A stretch of DNA of 64,000 nt from an uncultured Lachnospiraceae bacterium (GCA_964594865.1 CAZQMZ010000001.1:82982-146981), one strand, 5' to 3'; numbered from the stretch's first letter, positions 18,828 to 30,677 are shown. Notes: generated from the letters alone by a model not told the origin. Numbers and translations: made by a program.

Positions 18828-21800
18828 ATGTCTAATATTATGAAAAAACAAAAATTTGGAAAGACGGAGAGATATACTTTTTCGCAGTTGAAAGATTTTA
18901 TTGATATTCCGCCTTTGCTTGAAATTCAAAGGAATTCTTTTGCAGATTTCATTCAAAATGGCATAAAAGAAGTTCTTGATGAGTTTTCTCCTGTTGTCGA
19001 TTATTCCGGTAAGGCGAAACTATATTTTCTTGACGTGATCATGGATAAGGAACCAAAATATTCGAAAGAAGAGTGCAAAAGACGCAGTGCAACTTATTCT
19101 GTTCCGTTGAATGTCAAAACTCGATTTGTTGTTGAAGAAACAGGTCAAGCTGTGGAAGATGTTGTTTTCTTGGGTGACATTCCTTTCATGACGGAAGACT
19201 GCTCTTTCATTTTCAATGGCGTTGAAAGAGTTGTTGTCAACCAAATCATCAAATCTCCAAATTATTATCTTTTGAAGGACAAAGCAAGAGATAACACCAC
19301 TTTGCATGGACAAATCATTCCAAAAAGAGGAATGTATATTGAATTTGAACAAGGCGCAAACGAAGTCTTGAAGGTTGTTCTTGACCGCAAACATAAGGTG
19401 ACACTTGGGCTTTTTCTCAAATGTTTTGGATATTCCGCTGATGAAATCTCCAAATTGTTTGGCGATCACAGATTGGTCAAAAATGTTCTTGAAAAAGAAA
19501 CTGTGACAACTCAAGAAGAAGCGCTTATGGAATTTGCTCGCAAAACTCGTCCTGCAGATGTTCCTTCTGCTGAAACAACAAGAAGTTATTTGAATTTGTG
19601 GTTCTTCTCAGAACAATGGTATAACCTTTCACGTGTTGGAAGATATAATCTCAACAAGAAATTCTCTATTGCAAAGAGAATTGAAGGTCACATTTTGGCA
19701 GAAGATGTTGTTTCTCCAGACGGCGAACTTTTGGCAAAAGCAGGACAGGTTGCTGACCGACCACTTGCTGAAAAAATCAAAGCAAGCGGTGTGAACGAAG
19801 TTTGGATTCAACTTTCAGATCACAAATATCTTATGCGTGGCAACAACAGAGTTAAACTTTCAGACTTTTTCCCATGTGACGAAAAGAGTTTGGGAGTTTT
19901 GGAAGAAGTTTATTATCCTGTTTTGGCACAAATTTTGAAAGATAACAAGACCAAAGAAAAACGTCTTCAAGCAATCAAAGATCATGCCAAAGATTTGATG
20001 ATAACCACACTCACAATGGACGACATCTTGGCTGGAATAAGCATGTATTTGGATGTTTTGGAAGGCGTGGCAGATGTTGACAAAATTGAACACCTTTCAA
20101 ACAAAAGAGTGGCAACTGTGGGAGAACTCTTCCATGACCATTTCCGCTCTGGTGTGACAAAACTCGTCTCAAATGTGAGAGAAACATTGCAAGGAAAGGA
20201 ATTGTCGGAAGTTACTCCAAGACAAATTGTCAATCCGAAGGCAATCAATCGTTCTTTGAGAGAATTTGTTGCTTCTTCTCAACTTTCTCAACTTATGGAT
20301 CAAGTTAATCCACTTTCTGGAATAACTCAAAAGCGTCGTGTTTCTGCTGTTGGACCGGGAGGAATCAAGAAAGAACGTGCTGAAGCAGATGTGCGTGACA
20401 TTCATTACACAAACTATGGACGTATTTGTCCAATTGAAACTCCAGAAGGACAAGCCATTGGTTTGGTTAACACATTGACAAGTTATGCAAAAATAAATGA
20501 ATATGGCTTCATTGAAACTCCATACAGACGCGTGGACAAAGAAACGGGAAAGGTTTCTGACAAGTGCGAATATTATATGGCAGACATTGAAGACGCAGCA
20601 TATATTGCTCAAGCCACAGAACCACTCGACGAAGAAGGACGTTTCATCAACAAGCGTATCGTTTGTCGTCACAAAGACTATGCCATCGAAGTTCCAGCAA
20701 GACAAGTGGATTTTGTGGACGCATCTCCACGACAATTCATCTCTGTGGCAACTTCGCTTATTCCGTTTGTCAATTCAAACGAAGCAAACCGTGCGCTTAT
20801 GGGCGCAAACATGCAACGTCAAGCAGTTCCTCTTTTGAGATCGGAAGCTCCGATTGTTGGAACGGGAATGGAAGCGGTTGTTGCCCATGATTGTGGCTAC
20901 ACTCAACTTGCACGCGAAGATGGTGAAGTTGTTTATGTCAGCGCAGATGAAGTTAGAGTGAAAAATGTCAAGGGCAATGTTGACATATACAATTTGACAA
21001 AATTCGACAAAACAAATGATGAAACCTGCTTCAATCAAAAACCTTGCGTTGTCAAAGGTGAAAAAGTTAAGAAGGGCGAAGTTATCATTGATGGATATTC
21101 AACTGAAAATGGTGAATTGGCACTTGGTAAAAACGTTCTTGTTGGCTATATGAATTGGGAAGGATATAACTATGAAGACGCCATTCTCATCAATGAAAGA
21201 TTGGTTAAAGAAGATGTCTTCACTTCCATTTGTCTCAAAGTGGAAGAACTTAAATGTCGAACAACAAAACTTGGTGATGAACAAATCACACGCGACATTC
21301 CAAATTTGGGTGAAGACGCACTCAAAAATTTGGATGAAAACGGAATCATTCGCATCGGCGCAGAAGTTAGATCGGGCGACATCCTTGTCGGCAAAGTGAC
21401 GCCAAAGGGTGAAACTGAACTTTCACCAGAAGAAAGACTTCTTCGTGCCATCTTCGGCGAAAAAGCAAGAGAGGTTCGTGACACTTCACTTCGTGTGCAA
21501 CACGGCAAGGGCGGCGTTGTTGTGGATGTTCAAGTGTTCAGTCGTGAAAATAAGGATGAACTTGAACCGGGTGTCAACCAACTTGTCAAGGTGTTTATTG
21601 CACAAAAGAGAAAACTCTCTGTCGGCGACAAGATGGCGGGACGATATGGAAACAAAGGTTGTATTTCAATCATTATGCCAGAAGCAGACATGCCTTTCAT
21701 GGCAAATGGACGTCCACTTGACATCGTTTTGAACCCTCTTGGTGTTCCTTCTCGTATGAATTTGGGTCAGGTTTTGGAAGTGCATTTGGGTCTTGTTGCA

Positions 21801-22535
21801 GGCTCTCTTGGTTGGAAAGTGGCAACACCAGACTTTGATGGTGCTGATGCTGAAAAAATCCAACAACTTTTGAAGGAAAATAATTTCCCAGAAGACGGCA
21901 AGGTTCAACTTTATGACGGTCGAACAGGCGAACCTTTTGAAAACAAGACAACAATCGGTATGAAATATATGCTCAAGCTCAACCATATGGTTGACAGCAA
22001 GATTCATGCTCGTTCAATTGGACCATACTCACTCATAACTCAACAACCACTCGGTGGAAAAGCATTGTTTGGTGGTCAGAGATTTGGTGAAATGGAAGTT
22101 TGGGCTTTGGAAGCATATGGTGCAAGCCATGTTCTTCAAGAAATGTTGACTGTCAAATCGGATGACGTTGTTGGAAGAGTTAAAACTTTTGAGTCGATTG
22201 TCAAAGGACTTCCAATTGCTGAACCGGGGATTCCAGAATCTTTCAAGGTTTTGGTTAAAGAATTGCAAGCTCTTGCACTTGATGTCAAGATTTTGACCGA
22301 AAATGACGAAGAAATTGATTTGCCAGAACTTTCACAAGATGAACAAGATAAGATCAGCCTTGACAACGATGTTGAAAAGGATTTGAAGAACATCACTCTT
22401 GATATTGACGATATGATTATGGATTCTGACGACGAAAAGACGGAAATTCAAAAAGAAATCGAAGAAGAAAGTGAAATGCCTGCTGGTTTTGAAGAATCAA
22501 GCTTGTTTGATGATTTTGGAGATTTCGACGAGTGA
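18828..22535 (+). CDS. rpoB: DNA-directed RNA polymerase subunit beta
   Basis: 1,235 aa with canonical blocks (GDKMAGRYGNKG, RFGEMEVWALEAYGA); AAGGAG SD; about 80-aa acidic C-terminal tail. Confidence 0.97.
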   Translation: MSNIMKKQKFGKTERYTFSQLKDFIDIPPLLEIQRNSFADFIQNGIKEVLDEFSPVVDYSGKAKLYFLDVIMDKEPKYSKEECKRRSATYSVPLNVKTRFVVEETGQAVEDVVFLGDIPFMTEDCSFIFNGVERVVVNQIIKSPNYYLLKDKARDNTTLHGQIIPKRGMYIEFEQGANEVLKVVLDRKHKVTLGLFLKCFGYSADEISKLFGDHRLVKNVLEKETVTTQEEALMEFARKTRPADVPSAETTRSYLNLWFFSEQWYNLSRVGRYNLNKKFSIAKRIEGHILAEDVVSPDGELLAKAGQVADRPLAEKIKASGVNEVWIQLSDHKYLMRGNNRVKLSDFFPCDEKSLGVLEEVYYPVLAQILKDNKTKEKRLQAIKDHAKDLMITTLTMDDILAGISMYLDVLEGVADVDKIEHLSNKRVATVGELFHDHFRSGVTKLVSNVRETLQGKELSEVTPRQIVNPKAINRSLREFVASSQLSQLMDQVNPLSGITQKRRVSAVGPGGIKKERAEADVRDIHYTNYGRICPIETPEGQAIGLVNTLTSYAKINEYGFIETPYRRVDKETGKVSDKCEYYMADIEDAAYIAQATEPLDEEGRFINKRIVCRHKDYAIEVPARQVDFVDASPRQFISVATSLIPFVNSNEANRALMGANMQRQAVPLLRSEAPIVGTGMEAVVAHDCGYTQLAREDGEVVYVSADEVRVKNVKGNVDIYNLTKFDKTNDETCFNQKPCVVKGEKVKKGEVIIDGYSTENGELALGKNVLVGYMNWEGYNYEDAILINERLVKEDVFTSICLKVEELKCRTTKLGDEQITRDIPNLGEDALKNLDENGIIRIGAEVRSGDILVGKVTPKGETELSPEERLLRAIFGEKAREVRDTSLRVQHGKGGVVVDVQVFSRENKDELEPGVNQLVKVFIAQKRKLSVGDKMAGRYGNKGCISIIMPEADMPFMANGRPLDIVLNPLGVPSRMNLGQVLEVHLGLVAGSLGWKVATPDFDGADAEKIQQLLKENNFPEDGKVQLYDGRTGEPFENKTTIGMKYMLKLNHMVDSKIHARSIGPYSLITQQPLGGKALFGGQRFGEMEVWALEAYGASHVLQEMLTVKSDDVVGRVKTFESIVKGLPIAEPGIPESFKVLVKELQALALDVKILTENDEEIDLPELSQDEQDKISLDNDVEKDLKNITLDIDDMIMDSDDEKTEIQKEIEEESEMPAGFEESSLFDDFGDFDE

Positions 22536-22811
22536 CAAAAATTGCACTGAAACTCGACTTGCTTTTTGCAAGCGCTCGGCGGATGCTTGTTTTGTCACAC
22601 TTCGCCGCCAAATGATAATCGCACTTTGTTGGTGATTTTGCGGCGATTTTGAAAGTGATTGAAAAAAAGTCTATCAGCGACCAAACGCAAATTGCGCAAG
22701 GTTGACGAGTTGGTCGCTACTCTGACGTGTATTAAAGAAAATTAAGAATATGGTTGAGGATTTTGAAAATAGCAGTATTTTTAAGATAAAATAAATTTTA
22801 GGGGAAGAGAT

Positions 22812-25800
22812 ATGTTTGAACTTAACAACTTTGAAAAAATCAAGATTGGAATTGCAAGTCCAGAAAAAATTAGGGAGTGGTCGCATGGTGAAGTCACAAA
22901 ACCAGAAACCATAAACTATCGCACGCAAAAACCAGAAAAAGATGGACTTTTCTGCGAAAAGATTTTTGGACCAAAAAAAGATTGGGAGTGTCATTGCGGA
23001 AAGTATAAACGCATTCGCTATCGTGGCGTTGTTTGCGACAAGTGTGGCGTTGAAGTCACAAGAAGCAAGGTTCGTCGTGAAAGAATGGGGCATATTGAAC
23101 TTGCTGCACCTGTCACACATCTTTGGTATTTTCGTTCTGTTCCATCACGTATTGGAACTCTTCTTGATTTGACTCCAAAAACTTTGGAACAAATTGTTTA
23201 TTACATCAACTATATTGTCACAGACCCTAAAAAGACCGATTTGGAATATAAACAAATTTTGACTGATAAAGAATATCGTGAAGCGATTGAAAAGTATGGC
23301 TATGGTGCCTTCAATGCTGGAATGGGCGCTGAAGCAATCAAAACTTTGCTTGCTGATGTTGATTTGGACAAGGAAAGTGCTTCACTTAAAGAGGAAATCA
23401 ACAATTCAAAAGGACAAAGAAAAATCAAGGCTGCAAAGAAACTTGACGTTGTTGAGAGTTTCAGAAAGAGTGGAAACAAGCCAACTTGGATGGTGCTCGA
23501 TTGCATTCCTGTTCTTCCACCAGATCTTCGTCCAATGGTTCCGTTGGATGGTGGTCGCTATGCAACCAGCGATTTGAACGATTTGTATCGTCGCGTCATC
23601 AACCGAAATAACCGTTTGAAAAAACTTATGGAACTTGGTGCGCCAGATGTCATCATAAGAAATGAAAAGAGAATGTTGCAAGAAGCTGTCGACAACCTTA
23701 TCGACAATGGTAAGCGTGGCAGAGCTGTTCAAGGCTCAAAACAAAGAGATTTGAAATCTTTGACTGCCATGCTTAGCGGTAAACAAGGGCGTTTCAGACA
23801 AAATCTTCTTGGAAAACGTGTGGACTATTCTGGTCGTTCAGTTATCGTTGTTGGTCCAGAACTTAAAATGTATCAATGCGGTCTTCCAAAAGAAATGGCT
23901 TTGGAACTCTTTAAGCCTTTCATCATAAACAGATTGATTGAAATGAATCAATCAAACAACATCAAAACTGCAAAACGTATGATTGAGCGCGAAAAACCTA
24001 TCGTTTGGGACGTGCTTGCGGATGTCATCAAAGATCATCCTGTGCTTTTGAACCGTGCTCCAACTCTTCACCGTTTGTCCGTTCAAGCATTTGAACCTGT
24101 GCTTGTGGAAGGAAAGGCAATCAGACTTCATCCTTCTGTCTGCGCGGCATTCAATGCGGACTTCGACGGTGACCAAATGCCTGTTCACATCCCACTTTCA
24201 ATTGATGCAAGAACTGAAGCAAGAACGCTTATGCTTGCTTCCAACAACATCTTGAAACTTTCTGATGGCGAACCAATCGTAACTCCTGCACAGGACATTG
24301 TGCTTGGGTGCTATTATTTGACTTTGATTAAGCCAGGTGCAAAGGGTGAGGGCTCAATCTTCGCTTCGAAAAATGAAGTTATCTATGCATATCAAACAAA
24401 GAATTTGGACTTGCAAGCAGAAATCACTGTTCGTTTGACAAAAGAAGTTGACGGCAAAACATATTCCAAGCGAATCACAACGTCTGTTGGAAGAATTTTA
24501 TTCAACAACATCATTCCACAAGATTTGGGATATGTTGACAGAACCGATCCAGAACATGTTTGTGATTTGGAAATCAACAAGGCAGTCATCAAGAAAGATT
24601 TAAAGAAAATTGTTGCTGATTGTTATGACAAGCACGGCACAACTGCGTGCGCTGAGCTTGTGGACAAATTGAAAGAAATGGGATATAAATATTCCACACT
24701 TGCTTCCGTCTCAGTGAATATCTATGACATCAATGCACCAAAAGAAAAGGATGTCATCATGAAACAAGCCGAAGAAAAAGCTCTTGAAAATGAAAAATTG
24801 TTGCACCGTGGACTTATCACGCTTGATGAAAAAATCAACGAAAATATTGCCATCTGGAATGAAGCGGTCATTGAAGTTCAAAATGCCGTTGTTAATTCTT
24901 TGGATGCTTTCAATCCATTCAGTTTGATGGTTTTCTCTGGAGCGCGTGGAGATAAGACTCAGTTGAACCAAGACTGTGGTATGATTGGAATTAAGACAAC
25001 CGCTTCTGGTGTTAAGAATGACACACCAATCAAGTCTTCTTTCAGACAAGGCTTGTCACCAATCGAATTCTTCATCAATTCTCGTGGTTCACGTAAAGGT
25101 TTGTCAGATACGGCGCTCAAGACTGCTGACTCTGGTTATTTGACTCGTCGTCTTGTGGACATCGCACAAGATGTTGTCATCACAACCGAAGACTGTTTTG
25201 CTGATAATGGCGAAAAAGTTAAGGGTGTGACTGTCAGTGAACTTGTTTCTGACGGGTTTGTTATGGAAACTCTTGAAGAACGCATCTATGGTCGTGTTGC
25301 TGTTGAAGATGTTGTTGATCCAAAGTCAAAAGAGATTATTGTTCCAGCAAATACCATGATTTCCAAAGAACAAGCATCAAAAATTGCCAAGGCTGGAATC
25401 AAAGAAGTGCAGATTCGTTCGCTTATGACTTGCCGTTGCAAGCATGGCGTTTGTGCAAAGTGCTATGGCAGAAATTTGGCTGGCAAAGATATGGTCACTC
25501 TTGGAGAAGCAGTTGGAATCATCGCTGCACAGTCAATTGGTGAACCGGGCACACAGCTCACTCTTCGAACTTTCCACTCTGGTGGTGCTGCCGTCGCTGC
25601 CGACATCACACAAGGTCTTCCAAGAGTTGAAGAAATTTTTGAAGCAAGACGACCAAAAGGTGAATGTTTGCTTTCAGAAGTTGCCGGAAAGGTTAGAATC
25701 AAGGAAGATGCCAAAAATTATAACATTACCATTGTCACAGGAGAAGGTGACATCGACTATGAAGTTCGCAAACCAGCTGTTTTGAAAGTTAAGAATGGCG

Positions 25801-26345
25801 AAACTGTTGAACCAGGCACACAACTCACTGCCGGTGCTATCAACCCTTCTGAACTTCTTGTCACAAAAGGGCTTAAAGGTTTGCAACAATATTTGCTTTC
25901 CGAAGTCATCTCTGTATATCGCGGTCAGGATGTTAAGGTGAATGACAAACACATTGAAATTATCATCCGACAAATGTTGAAGAAAGTTAAGATTGAAGAT
26001 AGTGGCGACACCAATCTTCTCACCGGCGACGTTGTTGACATCAGCCGTTGCGAAGAAGAAAATGAAAGAGTGCTTCGTGCTGGCGGACGCCCAGCGATTG
26101 CAAGAAGAATTTTGCTTGGCATAACAAAAGCATCACTTTCCACTGAATCTTTCCTTTCTGCTTCATCCTTCCAAGAAACTTCAAGAGTTTTGACAGATGC
26201 TGCGCTTAAAGGCAAGGTTGACAATCTTATTGGAATCAAGGAAAATGTCATCATCGGCAAACTTATTCCAGCCGGAACCGGTCTTAAAAAATATCGCACA
26301 GTTGTTCCTGTCAAAGTTGACAAAAATGAAGAATATGTTGGATAA
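22812..26345 (+). CDS. rpoC: DNA-directed RNA polymerase subunit beta'
   Basis: 1,177 aa; catalytic [12 protein letters not shown]; Zn-finger [20 protein letters not shown]; GGGGAAGAG SD. Confidence 0.97.
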   Translation: MFELNNFEKIKIGIASPEKIREWSHGEVTKPETINYRTQKPEKDGLFCEKIFGPKKDWECHCGKYKRIRYRGVVCDKCGVEVTRSKVRRERMGHIELAAPVTHLWYFRSVPSRIGTLLDLTPKTLEQIVYYINYIVTDPKKTDLEYKQILTDKEYREAIEKYGYGAFNAGMGAEAIKTLLADVDLDKESASLKEEINNSKGQRKIKAAKKLDVVESFRKSGNKPTWMVLDCIPVLPPDLRPMVPLDGGRYATSDLNDLYRRVINRNNRLKKLMELGAPDVIIRNEKRMLQEAVDNLIDNGKRGRAVQGSKQRDLKSLTAMLSGKQGRFRQNLLGKRVDYSGRSVIVVGPELKMYQCGLPKEMALELFKPFIINRLIEMNQSNNIKTAKRMIEREKPIVWDVLADVIKDHPVLLNRAPTLHRLSVQAFEPVLVEGKAIRLHPSVCAAFNADFDGDQMPVHIPLSIDARTEARTLMLASNNILKLSDGEPIVTPAQDIVLGCYYLTLIKPGAKGEGSIFASKNEVIYAYQTKNLDLQAEITVRLTKEVDGKTYSKRITTSVGRILFNNIIPQDLGYVDRTDPEHVCDLEINKAVIKKDLKKIVADCYDKHGTTACAELVDKLKEMGYKYSTLASVSVNIYDINAPKEKDVIMKQAEEKALENEKLLHRGLITLDEKINENIAIWNEAVIEVQNAVVNSLDAFNPFSLMVFSGARGDKTQLNQDCGMIGIKTTASGVKNDTPIKSSFRQGLSPIEFFINSRGSRKGLSDTALKTADSGYLTRRLVDIAQDVVITTEDCFADNGEKVKGVTVSELVSDGFVMETLEERIYGRVAVEDVVDPKSKEIIVPANTMISKEQASKIAKAGIKEVQIRSLMTCRCKHGVCAKCYGRNLAGKDMVTLGEAVGIIAAQSIGEPGTQLTLRTFHSGGAAVAADITQGLPRVEEIFEARRPKGECLLSEVAGKVRIKEDAKNYNITIVTGEGDIDYEVRKPAVLKVKNGETVEPGTQLTAGAINPSELLVTKGLKGLQQYLLSEVISVYRGQDVKVNDKHIEIIIRQMLKKVKIEDSGDTNLLTGDVVDISRCEEENERVLRAGGRPAIARRILLGITKASLSTESFLSASSFQETSRVLTDAALKGKVDNLIGIKENVIIGKLIPAGTGLKKYRTVVPVKVDKNEEYVG

Positions 26346-26349
26346 AAAA

Positions 26350-26373
26350 ATCGGCAAAAATGCCGATTTTTTT
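26350..26373. terminator. bidirectional rho-independent terminator after rpoC
   Basis: ATCGGCA (26350-56) pairs with TGCCGAT (26361-67), flanked by A7 upstream and T7 downstream. Confidence 0.8.
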
Positions 26374-26767
26374 AAAGCTCTTCAAAGGTGATGTTTGGAG
26401 ATTGAGTTGTTGTGTCTTTTGTAGGTTTCATTATTTTTGACATAGCTTCAGTCATCATTGAATTTTTTTGTTCTCCAAAAAGACTGCTTGCAAGCATGGT
26501 TGAAAGCATATCACTGTTGTTTCCTTTGAGAAGATTCAACAAATTTTCCACGTTTTTCATGTTGAATATATTTTGCTTTGAGGAAGTATTGCTTTGTTGA
26601 GGTTGATTCAAAAATTCTTGTCCAAAATCATTTGGATAGGTTGATTTTTGATAAATTTGTCCATTGTTTTGGTCGTCATCCATATTCAAGTTGAGAGGCT
26701 CTGGATAATATGCGTTTGCAGGATTTTGACAGTTCGACTCATATTTGAGATTGAAAAAATTATTCAT
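26372..26767 (-). CDS. hypothetical Gln/Asn/Pro-rich protein
   Basis: ORF-track frame 26372-26872. Start tentatively moved to the MNNFFNLKYE Met (26767), because the upstream part looks like AT-rich promoter DNA. No recognisable domain. Confidence 0.35.
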   Translation of the reverse strand: MNNFFNLKYESNCQNPANAYYPEPLNLNMDDDQNNGQIYQKSTYPNDFGQEFLNQPQQSNTSSKQNIFNMKNVENLLNLLKGNNSDMLSTMLASSLFGEQKNSMMTEAMSKIMKPTKDTTTQSPNITFEEL

Positions 26768-26833
26768 AATATTATATATGCATAGAAATGTTAATTTAGT
26801 GTTCAAAAATTTATTCATGGCATATATTGAAAT

Positions 26834-27106
26834 ATGAAATTGAGCGAAATGAAAAAAAATGAAACCAATCATTCTTCAAATAAAGTTACTGCGACCGAGA
26901 ACAAAAACATCAAAGAAACCTATGAAGAACTCAAAGATTTTTCTTCTGATAAGTTGATGAGTAGGTTGGTGAAGGAAGTTCAGGCACAAAAGAACAGTGG
27001 GGTTTTTGACTATGATGCATTGCGTGCGTCGATTGAAAAAATCAAAATCTATCTGCCCACTGAAACTTATGAAAATATGATAAGGATTATTGAAAGTTTG
27101 AAATGA
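26834..27106 (+). CDS. hypothetical 90-aa protein, translationally coupled to the S8 peptidase gene
   Basis: ORF ends in an ATGA overlap with the next gene (27103). No recognisable motif. Confidence 0.4.
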   Translation: MKLSEMKKNETNHSSNKVTATENKNIKETYEELKDFSSDKLMSRLVKEVQAQKNSGVFDYDALRASIEKIKIYLPTETYENMIRIIESLK

Positions 27107-28245
27107 ATGTAAATAAAATTGATGCCCGACTTCTAAACGAGATTTCTATCTTAAATAAAGAAAAAGTTTTTCCATTTTTTGTTTTTTCAAGAAGATTTGA
27201 AGAAACCAGAAAAATTTTGCGAGCAAAAAAAATACATATTATAAATGAATATTTATTCATAAATTCTTTCTATTGCAAGGCATCACAAAGGGAGATTTTT
27301 TCACTGTCAAATCTGGATGTTGTTGATCATATCTATTCTCTTTCGGTTGCAAGTGCAATGATGTTTGTTTCCAAACAAATTTTGTCCACAAATTCAATCT
27401 CTCTCTATGGCGAAGGTGTTGGTGTGGCATTTATTGACACGGGAATTGCTCCGCATTGTGATTTCATGATTGGCAAACAAAGAGTACTGTTTTTCAAAGA
27501 TTTTGTTTCTGGAAAAACGGAGATGTATGATGATAATGGACATGGAACTTTTGTGTGTGGGGTTTGTTCTGGGAATGGTGTGCTTTCTGGATTTCGCTAT
27601 GCCGGTGTTGCTCCACGTTCAAACATATTCACTTTGAAAGCGCTTGACGGCAATGGGGAGGCAACGGCAAACAAAATTTTGGATGCGATGGAATGGGTCT
27701 TTGACAACCATAAAAAACTTGGCATTCAAGTTGTATGTATGAGTTTTGGGAGTGAACCTTTGGGACATAATGATCCAATCATGCTTGGCGCTGATGCTCT
27801 TTGGAATGATGGAGTGGTTGTGGTGGCTGCAGCTGGGAACAGTGGTCCAGAATATCAGACAATCAAATCGCCGGGCATCAGCAGTCAAATCATTACAGTT
27901 GGTGGAATTGATGACAATCGATATGACAATTTTTCTTATAACAAAAAATATTTTGAAATTGCTGATTTTTCATCGCGAGGACCGGCGTTTCGAAGTGTAA
28001 AACCTGATGTGGTTGCACCTAGTGTGGACATAACTTCTTGTGGAATAAAAAACCCTTACACAATGTTGAGTGGAACATCAGTTGCAACTCCAATGATTGC
28101 AGGGATTGTTTGCTTGCTTATTGAAAAATATCCAGAGGCAACACCAAAACAAATAAAAAACATCCTTTTAAAAATTTGTCAACCACTAGGTTTTGAGATA
28201 TATCAAGAAGGATATGGGCTTCCAAATTTGGATAAATTGCAATAA
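27103..28245 (+). CDS. S8 family (subtilisin-like) serine peptidase, no signal peptide evident
   Basis: Catalytic triad contexts VAFIDTGI (Asp), HGTFVCG (His) and SGTSVATPMIAG (Ser). Confidence 0.85.
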   Translation: MNVNKIDARLLNEISILNKEKVFPFFVFSRRFEETRKILRAKKIHIINEYLFINSFYCKASQREIFSLSNLDVVDHIYSLSVASAMMFVSKQILSTNSISLYGEGVGVAFIDTGIAPHCDFMIGKQRVLFFKDFVSGKTEMYDDNGHGTFVCGVCSGNGVLSGFRYAGVAPRSNIFTLKALDGNGEATANKILDAMEWVFDNHKKLGIQVVCMSFGSEPLGHNDPIMLGADALWNDGVVVVAAAGNSGPEYQTIKSPGISSQIITVGGIDDNRYDNFSYNKKYFEIADFSSRGPAFRSVKPDVVAPSVDITSCGIKNPYTMLSGTSVATPMIAGIVCLLIEKYPEATPKQIKNILLKICQPLGFEIYQEGYGLPNLDKLQ

Positions 28246-28248
28246 TTT

Positions 28249-29292
28249 TTATCTTTTTTTATTTGTTGAGATTTTTTCAATTAGAGCAAAAATTTCATTA
28301 GATGCATTGTTTTTTATACTTTTTTTCATATTTTTTTTGATTTTTTGAGTATTTTTTTGCAATTTTTCTAAATTTTCTATTAAATTATTTAAACTACAAT
28401 CTTTTTCTTCCAACATTTCACAATAGCCCATTTTTTTGAAAAGTTTGGCATTTTCAATTTGGTCGCCACGAGAACAATCTTTGGAAAGAGGAATCAGAAG
28501 CATTGGTTTTTCAAGAGCCAACAGTTCGTTTATCACTCCACTTCCGGCACGTGAAATCACCATATCAGCGGTTGCATAATAGTCTTCAATTTTTTCAGTA
28601 AAAGGTGTGAGGTGATAATTTTTGTGCGTAAGGTTTTTGAAATTTTTCTTTCCGCATATATGGAGAATGTTAAATTTTTGTGTAAGTTCATCCAGATTTT
28701 CAAAAATAAGTTGATTTAAAAATTTTGCACCCAAACTTCCACCAAGCACAAGAACGGTTGGCAAGTTTGGATCAAAATTTAATGACAGTCTTTTGCCTTC
28801 AAAAATTTGTCTACGAATTGGCTGTCCGGTGTGAACACACTTGTTGTTCTTTTCACCTGTTTGCGAGAAAGAGGTGCACATTATGTTGCAATAGTGAAGG
28901 ATGATTTTGTTTGCCAGACCAAAAGATAAATCGCTTTCATGACTGATGATTGGTATGTGAAGTTTTTTTCCAGCAATCACAACAGGCACAGAAACAAATC
29001 CACCTTTCGAAAAAATGATGTTTGGCTGAACTTTTGAAAGTTCATTTTTTGTCTTTCTTATTGCCTTGAAAAGTTTGATTGGAATAAGAAAATTTTTGAG
29101 TGTCAATTTTCTCTCAAATTTCACGGTTGGGATTTCGTGGTATTTGATGTTGGGATGCTGTTTCAAAATTTCTTTTTCCATCCCATTTCCGCCAAAATAG
29201 TGAATTTCGTATGCTGAAAGTTTTTCCGCGACTGCCAAAGCGGGATACACATGTCCTGCTGTTCCACCACCACAAAGGACGATCTTTTTCAT
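28249..29292 (-). CDS. murG: undecaprenyldiphospho-muramoylpentapeptide beta-N-acetylglucosaminyltransferase
   Basis: N-terminal GGGTAGHVYPALAVA and a GT28 C-terminal domain pattern. Start moved to ATG 29292 (MKKIVLCGGG), preceded by GAGAAGAGG. Confidence 0.85.
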   Translation of the reverse strand: MKKIVLCGGGTAGHVYPALAVAEKLSAYEIHYFGGNGMEKEILKQHPNIKYHEIPTVKFERKLTLKNFLIPIKLFKAIRKTKNELSKVQPNIIFSKGGFVSVPVVIAGKKLHIPIISHESDLSFGLANKIILHYCNIMCTSFSQTGEKNNKCVHTGQPIRRQIFEGKRLSLNFDPNLPTVLVLGGSLGAKFLNQLIFENLDELTQKFNILHICGKKNFKNLTHKNYHLTPFTEKIEDYYATADMVISRAGSGVINELLALEKPMLLIPLSKDCSRGDQIENAKLFKKMGYCEMLEEKDCSLNNLIENLEKLQKNTQKIKKNMKKSIKNNASNEIFALIEKISTNKKR

Positions 29293-29577
29293 ATTACCTC
29301 TTCTCTCTATTATACTTTTATATGAAAGAGAATATACATTTTGATTATGACTAGATAAAATAAAATAAATAAAAATGCTTATATATGTATAATTATGCAA
29401 ACAAAAAGCAGGCGTTTGGATATAATGAAATTTTTGTTATGATGTTGGGTTGAGTTATTTTTGAAGATTGATTGACTTTTTTTCGACTTTTTGTTAATCT
29501 AATATTGATTTAAATTGGTTGAAAAAATGATATAAACCTTTAAAACAAGTTGAAATTTTTTTGGTAAGGGCAATTCT

Positions 29578-30618
29578 ATGAGCGAAAAATTTAATTTAGA
29601 GGTTATCGACAAAACTTTCAAATCCTATCGCAAAGGGCAAACATTTGATGGGGTGGTGATTTTGCGTCGTGACGATGGCTGCATTTTCAATATCGGCGGA
29701 AAGAATGATGCTTTCATTCCGGCATCTGATTTTGAAGATTATTCAAAAATAAAAATCGGTGACAGATTTTCTGTTGTCATCACAAAACAAAAAAATGAGG
29801 ATGGTTTGATTGAAGCATCAAAGTCGTTGGCGGATGCACTCAAAATTGCCAACCAAAACGCAAGCATGCTTAGACTTGGAAGCAAGTTTTCTTTTGTTGT
29901 GACCGGCATTGGAAATGGATTGATTTCAAAAATGGGTGATTTTTCCATTATTATTCCATTTGAACAGGTTAGTGAAAGACCAATTGCACACATGAGTTCT
30001 CTTGTTGGCAAGCAATTTGAAGCGGTTGTGACAGAGATTGACAAAGACAATAAGCAGATTGTTGGAAGCATTAAACTTCTTCAAGAGCAAACTCGAGTTG
30101 CCATTGAAACAAATTTTTGGAACAGCATATTCATCAATAAAATTGTGACGGGCAAGGTGGAGCGAATTATTCCATATGGTGCTTTTGTCACTGTGGACGG
30201 AGTTGATTGCTTTGTGCATATTTCACAGATTTCATATGCACGTCTTGACAAAGTGGAAGACGGATTGAATGTTGGAGATGTCAGACAATTTAGGGTCATC
30301 AAGGTTGATCGCGACAACAAGAAAGTGGAACTCTCACTTAAAGCTCTTTTGGAAGATCCCAAAATCACAAAAGTGAAAGAACTCGTTGTGGGAGAAGTAT
30401 ATGACGGAGAAGTTGTCAAACTGTTGCAATTTGGAGCAATCATCAAAGTTGAGAACGGTGCGACAGGGCTTTTGCATATTTCAAACGCCACTGAAAACAA
30501 AACCAAGAAGATTTATGAAATTGTCAAAGTTGGCAATCATGTGCAAGTTGAAGTCATCTCAAAGGACGAAGAAGAAGCCAGGGTTTCATTCAAATTGAAA
30601 GAGAAAAGTGAAGAATAG
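29578..30618 (+). CDS. rpsA: S1 RNA-binding domain protein (ribosomal protein S1-like, four S1 repeats)
   Basis: Four S1-type OB repeats (e.g. GKVERIIPYGAFVTV, YDGEVVKLLQFGAIIKV..GLLHIS); length 346 aa fits Firmicute short S1. Confidence 0.65.
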   Translation: MSEKFNLEVIDKTFKSYRKGQTFDGVVILRRDDGCIFNIGGKNDAFIPASDFEDYSKIKIGDRFSVVITKQKNEDGLIEASKSLADALKIANQNASMLRLGSKFSFVVTGIGNGLISKMGDFSIIIPFEQVSERPIAHMSSLVGKQFEAVVTEIDKDNKQIVGSIKLLQEQTRVAIETNFWNSIFINKIVTGKVERIIPYGAFVTVDGVDCFVHISQISYARLDKVEDGLNVGDVRQFRVIKVDRDNKKVELSLKALLEDPKITKVKELVVGEVYDGEVVKLLQFGAIIKVENGATGLLHISNATENKTKKIYEIVKVGNHVQVEVISKDEEEARVSFKLKEKSEE

Positions 30619-30677
30619 TGAAAAATTTAGACTTTTAATTTAATTTCGTAAAGAAGGAAAAATAATTTAAAAAATGC

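Noticed and set aside
22290-22535. The roughly 80-aa acidic C-terminal tail of RpoB as an independent anomaly.
   Set aside because: Acidic C-terminal tails on Firmicute and clostridial beta subunits are not unusual to my knowledge. It is mentioned only as part of the general acidic-insert tendency.
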